From assembly GCA_028282585.1 (NCBI GenBank), contig JANQHR010000166.1, forward strand, positions 1-24,834: a stretch of 24,834 bases of DNA, written 5' to 3'. Position numbers and translations under genes: made by a program. This DNA is from Bacteroidales bacterium. GTDB taxonomy: Bacteria > Bacteroidota > Bacteroidia > Bacteroidales > UBA12077. This document shows, piece by piece, positions 1 to 8,418 of the stretch. The notes under the pieces are model-generated. The model worked only from the letters and a program-made list of their open reading frames with translations. It had not been told where the DNA came from and ran no database searches. Within the stretch, counting starts at the first letter, position 1. Every line of letters begins with the position of its first letter.

Positions 1-6
1 TTTTTA

Positions 7-103
7 CTTTGAGTAACTTTATGTTTTCTTTGTGGTTCTCTGTTTAACAGCCTTTTATAATTATACCACAAAGTTTCACAAAGCAGGCACAAAGAACACT
101 AAG
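7..103. repeat. Palindromic array of ~10-bp CTTTGTG/CACAAAG units (REP-like element), possibly truncated by the window edge
   Basis: Left half: ctttgag(7), ctttatg(17), ctttgtg(28), ctctgtt(38). Right half, inverted: cacaaag(67,77,88), cactaag(97). ctttgtggt 28-36 is the exact reverse complement of accacaaag 65-73. Confidence 0.6.
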
Positions 104-142
104 ACTTTTTGGACACCCCCTTATAATTATGAATAGTAAACA

Positions 143-2122
143 TTATAATTTTTCAACTGCCATTAAAGGTTGGTCTTTCGAAATTAAAGTTCCATCTTCC
201 ACCAGTATCTTCACAATTTTACATTTATAAGGAGCTTCAATTTCATTGAAAAGTTTCATTGCTTCTAAAATACAAATTGGATCACCTTCTTCAACCACAT
301 CACCTTCCTGAACAAACGCAGGTTTATCTGCTTCGGGTGATTGGTAGAATGTCCCCGCCATAACAGCATTTATAGTTTCTCCGTAAGCTTGCGTATCAAC
401 TTCAGCAGGTTTTTCTTTTGGTTTAGCCGAAGTTTCTACTGCTACTTCATCAGTTTGAGGTTTTACCTCATCATGTATTTCAGGATGCACAGATCCTATT
501 GTAGGTTCTGAAAAAACATGACTTTTAGCACTACCATTTCCAGATCGCATTGAAAGATTGAAATCGCCCTTTCTGATAACCAATTCACTTAACTGCATAT
601 GCGCTGCTTTTTCAAGAATCGTATTCATTCCATTGTAATCTTCCGGATGAAGGAGTGGATCAACGCTGCCAGAAACCTCGGATTTAACTTGTACCTTATC
701 TTCTTCAGGTTCTTTAACTAAATCCTCAATTTCAATATCTGCAGGAGTTTTTGGCCTTTTATCTTCTTCAATTGCTCTCCATTTGAAATATTCCATTGAA
801 ACTTCCGGGAATAAACAATACGATAATATATCTTCTTCGCTTTCGATCAACTTAGGATCCGAAACATTCTTGGTTGCTGTGGGTAAAATAGGTTTTAAAT
901 CATCAGCCGGCCTGTGATCAATAGGTTTCTCATTTCCTAATATTTGTTTAATGAATTTTGGTGCAATAGGAGCTGGTGATCGGCCATACATTCCTTTTAC
1001 ATAATTCTTAACCTCTTGAGGAACTACTTTATATCGTTCACCGGTCAACACATTCATTACAGCTTGCGTTCCAACAATCTGGCTGGTAGGTGTTACCAAT
1101 GGAGGATATCCCAGGTCTTTACGCACATTTGTAACTTCTTCAAGTGCTTCCTCCAATTTCTCGCTGGCATCTTGTTGTTCTAATTGTGAACGGAAGTTAG
1201 AAATCATCCCTCCAGGAATTTGGTGAACTAGAATTTCTGAATCAATAATCGGTTCATATCCTCTGCCTTTCGAACGCTTCGGAGTTAACTCCTTAAAATA
1301 CTTATTTACTTTTCTTAATGCGTCTAAGTCAAGATCAACATTATATTCCGTTTCATCGAAAATAGCATGAATGGTTTCCACCGGAGGTTGAGATGAAAAT
1401 CCGGCCATAGACGAAATAGCACAATCCACAGCACCAGCACCGGCTTTTGCTCCTTCAAAATAAGCTGTTTCTGACATTCCACTGGTAGCATGACAATGTA
1501 CCTGGATTGGTATATCAAATTCTTTCTTTAAAGCAGAAACAAGATTTTTTGATGTTGTAGGTGATAATAATCCAGCCATATCCTTGATGCATAGTGAGTC
1601 GATACCCATTTGTACCTGTTCTTTTGCATCACTTACATATTTTTCAATGGTGTGAACCGGACTAATTGTATATGAAAGAGTTCCTTGAGCATGAGCACCA
1701 TGCTTTTTAACCGCTTTTATCGCAGCTTCCAAGTTTCTTGAATCATTCAAAGCATCAAAGATCCTGAAGATATCAATACCGTTTTGATGCGCCGTTTCTA
1801 CAAAACGATCTACCAAATCATCCGGATAATTTTTATATCCTACAATATTTTGCCCTCTAAGTAACATTTGAAGAGGAGTTTTTTTAGCTTGCGATTTGAT
1901 CAATCGCAACCTTTCCCAAGGATTTTCGCGTAAGAATCGTAAACAAACATCGAAAGTTGCGCCGCCCCATACTTCAAGCGAATAGTATCCAACCTGATCA
2001 ATGGTATCTAAAATACCAAGAATATCTTGTGTACGCATACGAGTTGCCCAAAGTGATTGATGCCCGTCTCGTAATGTAGTATCAGTAATTCTAATTATGT
2101 TCTTTTTCATAACAATATTCAT
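143..2122 (-). CDS. Pyruvate/oxaloacetate carboxyltransferase (PycB/OadA/5S-like) fused to a C-terminal AccB-type biotin carboxyl carrier protein
   Basis: Carboxyltransferase motifs DTTLRDGHQS, EVWGGATFD, LQMLLRGQN, CIKDMAG, HCH, HQIPGGM and YPPLVTPTSQ. C-terminal biotinyl domain MAGTFYQSPEADKPAFV...ILEAMKLFNEI. The start may instead be the ATG at 2110. Confidence 0.93.
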   Translation of the reverse strand: MNIVMKKNIIRITDTTLRDGHQSLWATRMRTQDILGILDTIDQVGYYSLEVWGGATFDVCLRFLRENPWERLRLIKSQAKKTPLQMLLRGQNIVGYKNYPDDLVDRFVETAHQNGIDIFRIFDALNDSRNLEAAIKAVKKHGAHAQGTLSYTISPVHTIEKYVSDAKEQVQMGIDSLCIKDMAGLLSPTTSKNLVSALKKEFDIPIQVHCHATSGMSETAYFEGAKAGAGAVDCAISSMAGFSSQPPVETIHAIFDETEYNVDLDLDALRKVNKYFKELTPKRSKGRGYEPIIDSEILVHQIPGGMISNFRSQLEQQDASEKLEEALEEVTNVRKDLGYPPLVTPTSQIVGTQAVMNVLTGERYKVVPQEVKNYVKGMYGRSPAPIAPKFIKQILGNEKPIDHRPADDLKPILPTATKNVSDPKLIESEEDILSYCLFPEVSMEYFKWRAIEEDKRPKTPADIEIEDLVKEPEEDKVQVKSEVSGSVDPLLHPEDYNGMNTILEKAAHMQLSELVIRKGDFNLSMRSGNGSAKSHVFSEPTIGSVHPEIHDEVKPQTDEVAVETSAKPKEKPAEVDTQAYGETINAVMAGTFYQSPEADKPAFVQEGDVVEEGDPICILEAMKLFNEIEAPYKCKIVKILVEDGTLISKDQPLMAVEKL

Positions 2123-2124
2123 TA

Positions 2125-2997
2125 TTATTTTACTGTGAATTTTCCCATTGCGGAGAATTTTTCAAACCTGCTTTGGATTAATTCTTCAACAGATAATTTT
2201 TGTAATGATTTTATATTTTTAACCACTGCTTTTTCAATTAAGTTGGCTACTTTTTTAACGTCAGTATGCGCCCCTTCACCTGGCTCCTCTATGATTTCAT
2301 CAATTACTCCGTGTTTTTTAAGAGCTTTTGCTGTTAAGTTAAGTGCTTCAGCAGCATCAGGAGCAAAGGCTGCATCACGCCATAAAATCGAAGCACATCC
2401 TTCAGGCGAAATCACAGAATAAATTGCATTTGATAACATCAGAACCTTATCACCAACACCAATTCCTAAAGCTCCACCACTTCCTCCTTCGCCAATTACA
2501 ACGCATACAATAGGTACCTCAATTGATGCCATTTCGGTTAAGTTTTTGGCAATAGCTTCGGCTTGTCCGCGTTCTTCAGCCTCTAATCCGGGGAAAGCAC
2601 CCGGTGTATCAATAAAAGTAATTATAGGTACATTAAATCGCTGTGCTAATTTCATCAAACGTAGAGCTTTTCGGTAGCCATCGGGTTTAGCCATTCCAAA
2701 ATTACGCTCAATATTTTCATGTGTTTTTTTTCCTTTGTTGTGTCCTATAAGCATCACTTTTTGACCATCAATTTCAGCAAAACCTCCAATCATGGCTTTA
2801 TCATCAGAGAAGTATCGGTCTCCATGAAATTCAATAAAGTTTGTTACAATATGTGATATATAGTCTTGTAAAATGGGTCGCTTTGGGTGTCTGCTAATCT
2901 GGACAATTTCCCAGGGTGTTAAATCTTTTTTTGTTTTCTTTTTCATTTTTTCCACCTCTGGTTTCTCCATTACAATACGATCAATTTCTTGTCCCAT
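2125..2997 (-). CDS. accA: Acetyl-CoA carboxylase carboxyltransferase subunit alpha
   Basis: LTPWEIVQISRHPKRP, HGDR..DD, RNFGMAKPDGYRKALRLM, IDTPGAFPG..AEERGQ, GEGGSGGALG, YSVISPEGCASILW. Confidence 0.96.
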   Translation of the reverse strand: MGQEIDRIVMEKPEVEKMKKKTKKDLTPWEIVQISRHPKRPILQDYISHIVTNFIEFHGDRYFSDDKAMIGGFAEIDGQKVMLIGHNKGKKTHENIERNFGMAKPDGYRKALRLMKLAQRFNVPIITFIDTPGAFPGLEAEERGQAEAIAKNLTEMASIEVPIVCVVIGEGGSGGALGIGVGDKVLMLSNAIYSVISPEGCASILWRDAAFAPDAAEALNLTAKALKKHGVIDEIIEEPGEGAHTDVKKVANLIEKAVVKNIKSLQKLSVEELIQSRFEKFSAMGKFTVK

Positions 2998-3037
2998 AAT
3001 TTCTAATTTTAAGATGCGTTTAGGTAATCTTTAATAT

Positions 3038-3868
3038 TTATCGATTATAGTAACTGAGAACGTTGCTTAAATAATCTTTTAAATCTTTACGATTTACGAT
3101 GGAGTCAACGAATCCATGCTCGCGAAGATACTCGGAAGTTTGAAAATCATCCGGAAGTTTTTCCCCGATGGTTTGTTCTATTACTCTTCGTCCTGCAAAG
3201 CCGATTAATGCACCTGGTTCCGACACATTAATATCACCCATCATGGCATAGCTTGCAGAAACTCCACCGGTAGTTGGATTGGTTAGTACTGATATATAAG
3301 GAATATTTTTTCTGTTTAAGCGAGCAATTCCTGCACAGGTCTTGGCCATTTGCATAAGAGATAAAGCGCCTTCCTGCATTCTGGCCCCGCCTGATGCGGA
3401 AATTACAATATACGGTAAATTATGATCATATGCATAATTCGCTGCTTGTAGAATTTTTTCACCAGTTCCGCTACCCAGACTACCACCCAGGAATCTGAAA
3501 TCCATTACGGCAATTACAACCGGTATAGCATTCATCTTTCCGTGTCCGGTAACAACCGCTTCGTTAATTCCTGTTTTCTTGATATTTGTTTCGTACTTAT
3601 CCTTGTAACTTCCTTTCAGATCATTGAATTTAAGCGAATCTTTAGGGCTGATATTACTAAATAGTTCTTCGAAGGTGTCTTTATCGAAAAGCAGATTGAT
3701 TCGTTCGTATGAACTTATGGCCCCGTGATAGTTACAGTTTGGGCAAACGTTAAGGTTTTTACTCCATTCTTCTGCATAAATGTGCGAATGACAATTTTTG
3801 CATTTTACCCAAAGTTCTTTTTTTGATTTTTTCTTTTCTGTTGTAGTTTCAGTATACCAAGCCATCAC
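3038..3868 (-). CDS. accD: Acetyl-CoA carboxylase carboxyltransferase subunit beta
   Basis: Zn finger LWVKCKNC...VCPNC; MDFRFLGGSLGS, SASGGARMQEG..SLMQMAK, PTTGGVSAS, IGFAGRRVIEQT, LPDDFQTSEYL. Start is GTG 3868 or ATG 3865. Confidence 0.96.
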   Translation of the reverse strand: MMAWYTETTTEKKKSKKELWVKCKNCHSHIYAEEWSKNLNVCPNCNYHGAISSYERINLLFDKDTFEELFSNISPKDSLKFNDLKGSYKDKYETNIKKTGINEAVVTGHGKMNAIPVVIAVMDFRFLGGSLGSGTGEKILQAANYAYDHNLPYIVISASGGARMQEGALSLMQMAKTCAGIARLNRKNIPYISVLTNPTTGGVSASYAMMGDINVSEPGALIGFAGRRVIEQTIGEKLPDDFQTSEYLREHGFVDSIVNRKDLKDYLSNVLSYYNR

Positions 3869-3874
3869 TCATTT

Positions 3875-3882
3875 CTCCCCTT
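3875..3882 (-). promoter_or_regulatory. Shine-Dalgarno-like sequence AAGGGGAG upstream of accD
   Basis: Minus strand aaggggag lies 6 nt before GTG 3868 and 9 nt before ATG 3865. Confidence 0.5.
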
Positions 3883-4344
3883 TTAATTATGAGTTAACAT
3901 ATACCTAAATAACGTAATTTTTATCTCCATATTAGACAAAACTTGAGATAAATAGTTTCGAAAAATAGTCATTTTTATAATTAAATGCTACATAATTTAG
4001 AATTAATACACGAGCGATTTTTGTTAAAATAGCCTTAATAAACTGTTATACAGACAAAAAAGTCCAATGTTAAGAATTCGATCGAAGTTTGTGGTTAGCA
4101 AAATTATTTGCCGAATTTTTCATCCTGGTTTTAAGTAATATTTCGTTAGGTTCGTCTTGTGATTTAAGATTTGAATTCTTTAAGACCTCTTGGGGTTGGC
4201 TAAAAAATAAGAATGATTGGATAGTATTTTAGTTTTGTTCCGGAATAATCTCAAAATCGAAGTTACATTCAGCTTGCAATCTTTTATTAAACTTCAACCA
4301 GTATAACTTTTTTGTGACACCGTTTCAAAACGAGACACCTTATG

Positions 4345-4381
4345 AAAAGTAAAAAGACTTCTGTTTTAATAGAAGTCCTTT
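4345..4381 (-). terminator. Intrinsic terminator of the receiver-cheW-MCP transcript
   Basis: Stem gacttct 4356-4362 / agaagtc 4371-4377, followed on the minus strand by tttttactttt, about 100 nt after the MCP stop. Confidence 0.75.
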
Positions 4382-4481
4382 ACCAATTAAGAGTACAAAA
4401 TTCTTATTGCTGTGTTTTCAAAAGTTATGTATATATCAAATAAATCATGGATTCATTTTTATTCGGGTTCTTTTTAACGCA

Positions 4482-6536
4482 TTAAAAACTTTCGTATTCC
4501 TTATCAATTTTATCGTTAGAATTAAGTACAATATCTACACCTTTTATCTCTTCATCCGGGCTTTTACTATTTCCGTTATCGGGCTCCTTTTTTACAGCCT
4601 GATACTCTTTTAGAACAGATTTTTTCGTTGTTTTAAAAGAACGACTTTGTTCCCTATCATTAATTTTGAAAAATGCAATGGTTTCCTTTAGTTGCTCAGC
4701 TTGACTGGCCAATTCTTCAGAGCTTGTGGCCATTTCTTCACTTGCCGCTGCATTTTGTTGTGTTACCTGACTTAATTGCTGAATTGCGTTGTTAACTTGG
4801 CCCGCTCCACTACTTTGTTCCATACTGGCCGATGAAATTTCCTGGATTAGATTTGCTGTTTTTTGAATTTCAGGAACCAATTCTTCCATCATTTTTCCGG
4901 CTTCTTCGGTTAAATTCACACTCGATTTTGATAATACATCGATTTCTTCTGCAGCGATTTTACTTCTTTCGGCAAGTTTTCTAACTTCAGCTGCAACTAC
5001 TGCAAAACCTTTTCCGTGTTCCCCTGCGCGTGCAGCTTCAACGGCAGCATTCAGTGCCAGTATATTGGTTTGAAAAGAGATATCTCCAATAATAGTTATC
5101 TTTTCGGCTATTTCTCTAATAGACTTTAAGCTCTCTTTAGATGCTGTTCCAACTTTTTCAACACTGTCTGCTGCTTTTACAGATATCTTTTCTGTTTGCA
5201 GGGCATTGTCATTGTTTTGCTGAATATTTGAAGCCATCTCTTCCATAGATGAGGAAACTTCTTCTGCAGATGAAGCTTGTTCCGAACTCCCTTGTGATAA
5301 TTGTTGTGATGTGGAACTCATTTCAACAGATGCTGATGCAATGTTATTGGCTCCGGAAATAATGTCGTTAACAATTTCTTTAAGTTTAGTGGCCATTGAT
5401 TGTAATGAAATGGCTAACTCTCCAATTTCATCTTTCTGATCTATTTCAACCTGTGCGGTTAAATCCCCTGAGGCAATTAGTTTGGTAAATTTAACACCTT
5501 TTAAAATAGGATTTATGATACCACGGGTAATAACTAATGATAAAATAACGGCAATTACTACCGCAATAAAACTAAATATTAAAACACCGCTGCGGGTTGA
5601 GCTTGTTTCTTCCGACATTTCAAGTTTTTTTACTTCTGCTTCGGTTTTGGCTTTCTCGATTATATCATTAAAAATAGATCCAACGTTTTCTAATGCTACC
5701 CTAGTTTTAGTATTATATATCTCATTAGCTTGGTTCATTCCTTCTATGTTATTATCCTGGTATTTTAGAACTTCATCTAATAAATCCAGTGTTTCATAGG
5801 CATGATTATGTGTATTTTGTGCATAATGGTTATAGGCTCTGTCGTGATTTCCGGCTTTGATATACCGGTCAATTTGAATAGCGCTTTCATGCAATTTCTT
5901 ATGAGGTTCCTCAACTCTTGTAATTAAGGCATTGAAATTAGGATCTTCTTGCCTCAGTTTTTTAACTTCCTCGCTTTCCAGCCATATACCCAGGTTACAT
6001 TTACGATAGTCCGTCTCTACATTTAATTCTCGGCTTTTGCTTAGTAATGCATCTTTAATATTATGCATCCATTGTAAATGGTCACTTTTAACCTCTCGTA
6101 TTTTAGAACCAATCTTAAAATCAGATTGTATAAACACATCGGAAATTTCAATAGCCGATTCATGAAGACGTATGTGAGGTTCTTCAATTTCCTTTAAGAA
6201 TGTTTCTATTTCCGGAATTAGCTTTATTGCTTCTTCTTTTCCTTCTCCATAATACCATTTCCCAAATGCGCATTTGTGGTGGTCCGTTTCTACATTAAGC
6301 TCTTCAACATTAGCATCGGTTAATAATTTATTAACTTCATTGGCCCATTTTAAGTGATCAACATGCCTTTGTTCGATAGTATAAAGTAATTCATCAACTT
6401 CTATTATACTTTCGGAATTTCGAACAATTCCGTTTAGGCCTTTAATGGCCCAAAATGTTACAATAATTAGTATAACAATTACTATTCCAAAGGCTATGGA
6501 CAATTTTTTTCCAAGTTTTATGTCTTTCCAATTCAT
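4482..6536 (-). CDS. Methyl-accepting chemotaxis protein with two extracytoplasmic CZB domains, HAMP and signalling domain
   Basis: TM1 ~aa12-31 and TM2 ~aa317-336. CZB ligands H61/C89/H121/H125 and H153/C180/H212/H216 ([15 protein letters not shown]). HAMP (GDLT...KDEIGELA). Hairpin tip [37 protein letters not shown]. Confidence 0.95.
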   Translation of the reverse strand: MNWKDIKLGKKLSIAFGIVIVILIIVTFWAIKGLNGIVRNSESIIEVDELLYTIEQRHVDHLKWANEVNKLLTDANVEELNVETDHHKCAFGKWYYGEGKEEAIKLIPEIETFLKEIEEPHIRLHESAIEISDVFIQSDFKIGSKIREVKSDHLQWMHNIKDALLSKSRELNVETDYRKCNLGIWLESEEVKKLRQEDPNFNALITRVEEPHKKLHESAIQIDRYIKAGNHDRAYNHYAQNTHNHAYETLDLLDEVLKYQDNNIEGMNQANEIYNTKTRVALENVGSIFNDIIEKAKTEAEVKKLEMSEETSSTRSGVLIFSFIAVVIAVILSLVITRGIINPILKGVKFTKLIASGDLTAQVEIDQKDEIGELAISLQSMATKLKEIVNDIISGANNIASASVEMSSTSQQLSQGSSEQASSAEEVSSSMEEMASNIQQNNDNALQTEKISVKAADSVEKVGTASKESLKSIREIAEKITIIGDISFQTNILALNAAVEAARAGEHGKGFAVVAAEVRKLAERSKIAAEEIDVLSKSSVNLTEEAGKMMEELVPEIQKTANLIQEISSASMEQSSGAGQVNNAIQQLSQVTQQNAAASEEMATSSEELASQAEQLKETIAFFKINDREQSRSFKTTKKSVLKEYQAVKKEPDNGNSKSPDEEIKGVDIVLNSNDKIDKEYESF

Positions 6537-6608
6537 AATAATATATTTAGTTATTGATTTGTTGCGTTTTAATATTTCAAGTATTTAGTTTTATTTAAGT
6601 ATTATATT

Positions 6609-7106
6609 TTAATTGACTTCATTTATGAATATTGCATCTTTTGATGCGAATACTTTATTCAGATCAAGCAACATGATAAAACGTTCATTAACCTTCCAAA
6701 CACCATTAATGAACTCTGAACGATAATTTGAGCCAATAGATGGAGTAGAATCAATCAGGTCTTCATTAATCTCAAGAACTTCTTTTACGCTATCTACAAT
6801 GGCACCTAACGTTACTTCATCATTTCCGATTTTAACCTGAAGAACCAGAATACAAGTTTCATTCGAAAACTTAAGGTCAGACATTCCGAATATGATTCTC
6901 AGGTCTACAACTGGAAGAGAATTTCCTCTCAAGTTTATTAATCCGCTAAAATAAGCCGGAGATTGAGGGACTTTTGTGGTTTCTGTCATCTCTAGAATGT
7001 TAAATACATTCTTTACATTTGCACCGAATAATTCATTATTTAGCTCGAAGCATAAATAAGTCTCAATGTTGTCAAGATTTCCGGATTCAGCCTTTTTCCT
7101 TTCCAT
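6609..7106 (-). CDS. cheW: Chemotaxis coupling protein CheW
   Basis: YLCFELNNELFG, TKVPQSPAYFSGLINLRGNSLPVVDLR, GAIVDSVKEV, LLDLNKV; adjacent to the MCP gene. Confidence 0.93.
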   Translation of the reverse strand: MERKKAESGNLDNIETYLCFELNNELFGANVKNVFNILEMTETTKVPQSPAYFSGLINLRGNSLPVVDLRIIFGMSDLKFSNETCILVLQVKIGNDEVTLGAIVDSVKEVLEINEDLIDSTPSIGSNYRSEFINGVWKVNERFIMLLDLNKVFASKDAIFINEVN

Positions 7107-7151
7107 ATTATTTTATGTATTTAATTTATTACGTGGTCGATCCTTATAAGG

Positions 7152-7550
7152 TTAATTTTTAATTTTCATATTTTTCGGAAATAAATATTTATTATTAATA
7201 ACTACATCAATAACTTTATCTATTTCATCGAAAACATCTGTTTTAAATATACATGCTCGAAAACCGGCACTCATTATTTCGTCCAGATATGCTTTGTCTC
7301 TATACATGGTTATTGCAATAAATTTAATTTTGCTGTTTTCCCATAGCATCAGTTTAGCTGCCTTTAAACCATCCATTATTGGCATTTCAATATCCATTAG
7401 TACGATTTCAGGAGCATAAGAATTCATTAAATCCAAAGCCTGGCTTCCGTTTTCAGCTTCACATATTATTTCATACTTTTTATTCTTTTCCAGTAAATGT
7501 CTAAGCGCAAGCCTAAAAGATTTATTATCATCTACCAGCATTATTTTCAT
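7152..7550 (-). CDS. Single-domain response regulator (NarL-type receiver lacking the HTH)
   Basis: MKIMLVDD, EAENG, IVLMDIEMPIMDG (phospho-Asp), IAITM, CIFK; ends right after the receiver. ATG 7550 preferred over 7571 because it starts at the first receiver strand. Confidence 0.88.
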   Translation of the reverse strand: MKIMLVDDNKSFRLALRHLLEKNKKYEIICEAENGSQALDLMNSYAPEIVLMDIEMPIMDGLKAAKLMLWENSKIKFIAITMYRDKAYLDEIMSAGFRACIFKTDVFDEIDKVIDVVINNKYLFPKNMKIKN

Positions 7551-7580
7551 GATCGATAATTGGTTAATCATTTCCAGTGA

Positions 7581-7659
7581 TAAATTTATTTCAGAAAACT
7601 GTAATATTTCCGGGTAGGTTTACGGGAATATTTTAAAAAAACACTTGCGTAATTTTACG
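7581..7659 (-). promoter_or_regulatory. Putative regulator-dependent promoter: GTA-N4-TAC boxes plus a Bacteroidota -7-like element
   Basis: GTAGGTTTAC 7614-7623 (inside a 9/10 inverted repeat 7603-7612/7623-7632), CGTAATTTTACG 7648-7659, and minus-strand TAAATTTA at 7588-7581 (TAnnTTTG-like). Confidence 0.5.
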
Positions 7660-7735
7660 TGTAAGTTAATTAGGATATTGACGGAAAGCTAGGGTAGTTA
7701 GTGTTTTAAACAATATTTGGGGTTTTAAAAAGAAT

Positions 7736-8395
7736 TTAGATCTCGATTATTTTATTTTTAAAAGCCTGAACAATAATATTTGCCGTATTTTGAGCATTAA
7801 GTTTATCCATTATTTTAGATTTATGACCTTCAACAGTACGTATAGAGATATATAGTTTTCTGGATATTTCTTTGGTGGTAAGACCGTTACATATTAATTT
7901 TAAAACTTCATTTTCCCGGCTGGTAAAATGAACAGATTTGATTTCTTTTTCAGTTGTAATTTTTTTAGATGTTCCAAAATTAATTATAATGCTTTTCATT
8001 AACTCCGGAGAGAAAAAATCATCCCCTTTGATTACCGTCCGGATAGCTTTTTCTAACTCATCACTACTGGCTTTTTTTAAAACAAAACCTTTGGCTCCGG
8101 CTTGTATCATTTTGTAATAATATGCTTCATCACCATTCATTGATAAGGCAATAATTTTAAGATCAGGATATAATTCCAAAGCTTTTTTTGTGGCTTCAAC
8201 ACCATCTATTTTTGGCATATTAATATCCATTAAAACCACATCCGGTAATTTCGAATCCAGGATGTTTAAAAAAGCCTCTCCATTTTCAGCTTCTGCTATT
8301 ACTTCAATATTCTTTGATTTTGACAAGAGAAAGCTTAAACTTTCTCTAAAAAGATTATGATCGTCAACCAATATTATATTTATCTTATCCTTCAT
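7736..8395 (-). CDS. NarL/FixJ-family DNA-binding response regulator (REC + LuxR HTH)
   Basis: IILVDDH, VVLMDINMPKIDG, GAKGFVLK; C-terminal FTSRENEVLKLICNGLTTKEISRKLYISIRTVEGHKSKIMDKL. Confidence 0.95.
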   Translation of the reverse strand: MKDKINIILVDDHNLFRESLSFLLSKSKNIEVIAEAENGEAFLNILDSKLPDVVLMDINMPKIDGVEATKKALELYPDLKIIALSMNGDEAYYYKMIQAGAKGFVLKKASSDELEKAIRTVIKGDDFFSPELMKSIIINFGTSKKITTEKEIKSVHFTSRENEVLKLICNGLTTKEISRKLYISIRTVEGHKSKIMDKLNAQNTANIIVQAFKNKIIEI

Positions 8396-8418
8396 AAAGC
8401 AATAATAATATAATTAAA

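Noticed and set aside
7-103. CRISPR array
   Set aside because: Units are ~10 bp, inverted and lack unique spacers; no cas genes.
1324-1518. 64-aa alternate-frame ORF inside the carboxyltransferase gene
   Set aside because: Fully overlaps a well-supported CDS and has no motifs.
143-2122. Na+-pumping oxaloacetate decarboxylase alpha subunit (oadA)
   Set aside because: No oadB/oadG neighbours in the window, the carrier is AccB-type and the partners are accA/accD. Cannot be fully excluded.
4098-4113. Possible sigma-54 promoter (minus strand CGGCAAATAATTTTGC) for the acc operon
   Set aside because: GG and GC are separated by 11 nt rather than the required 10.
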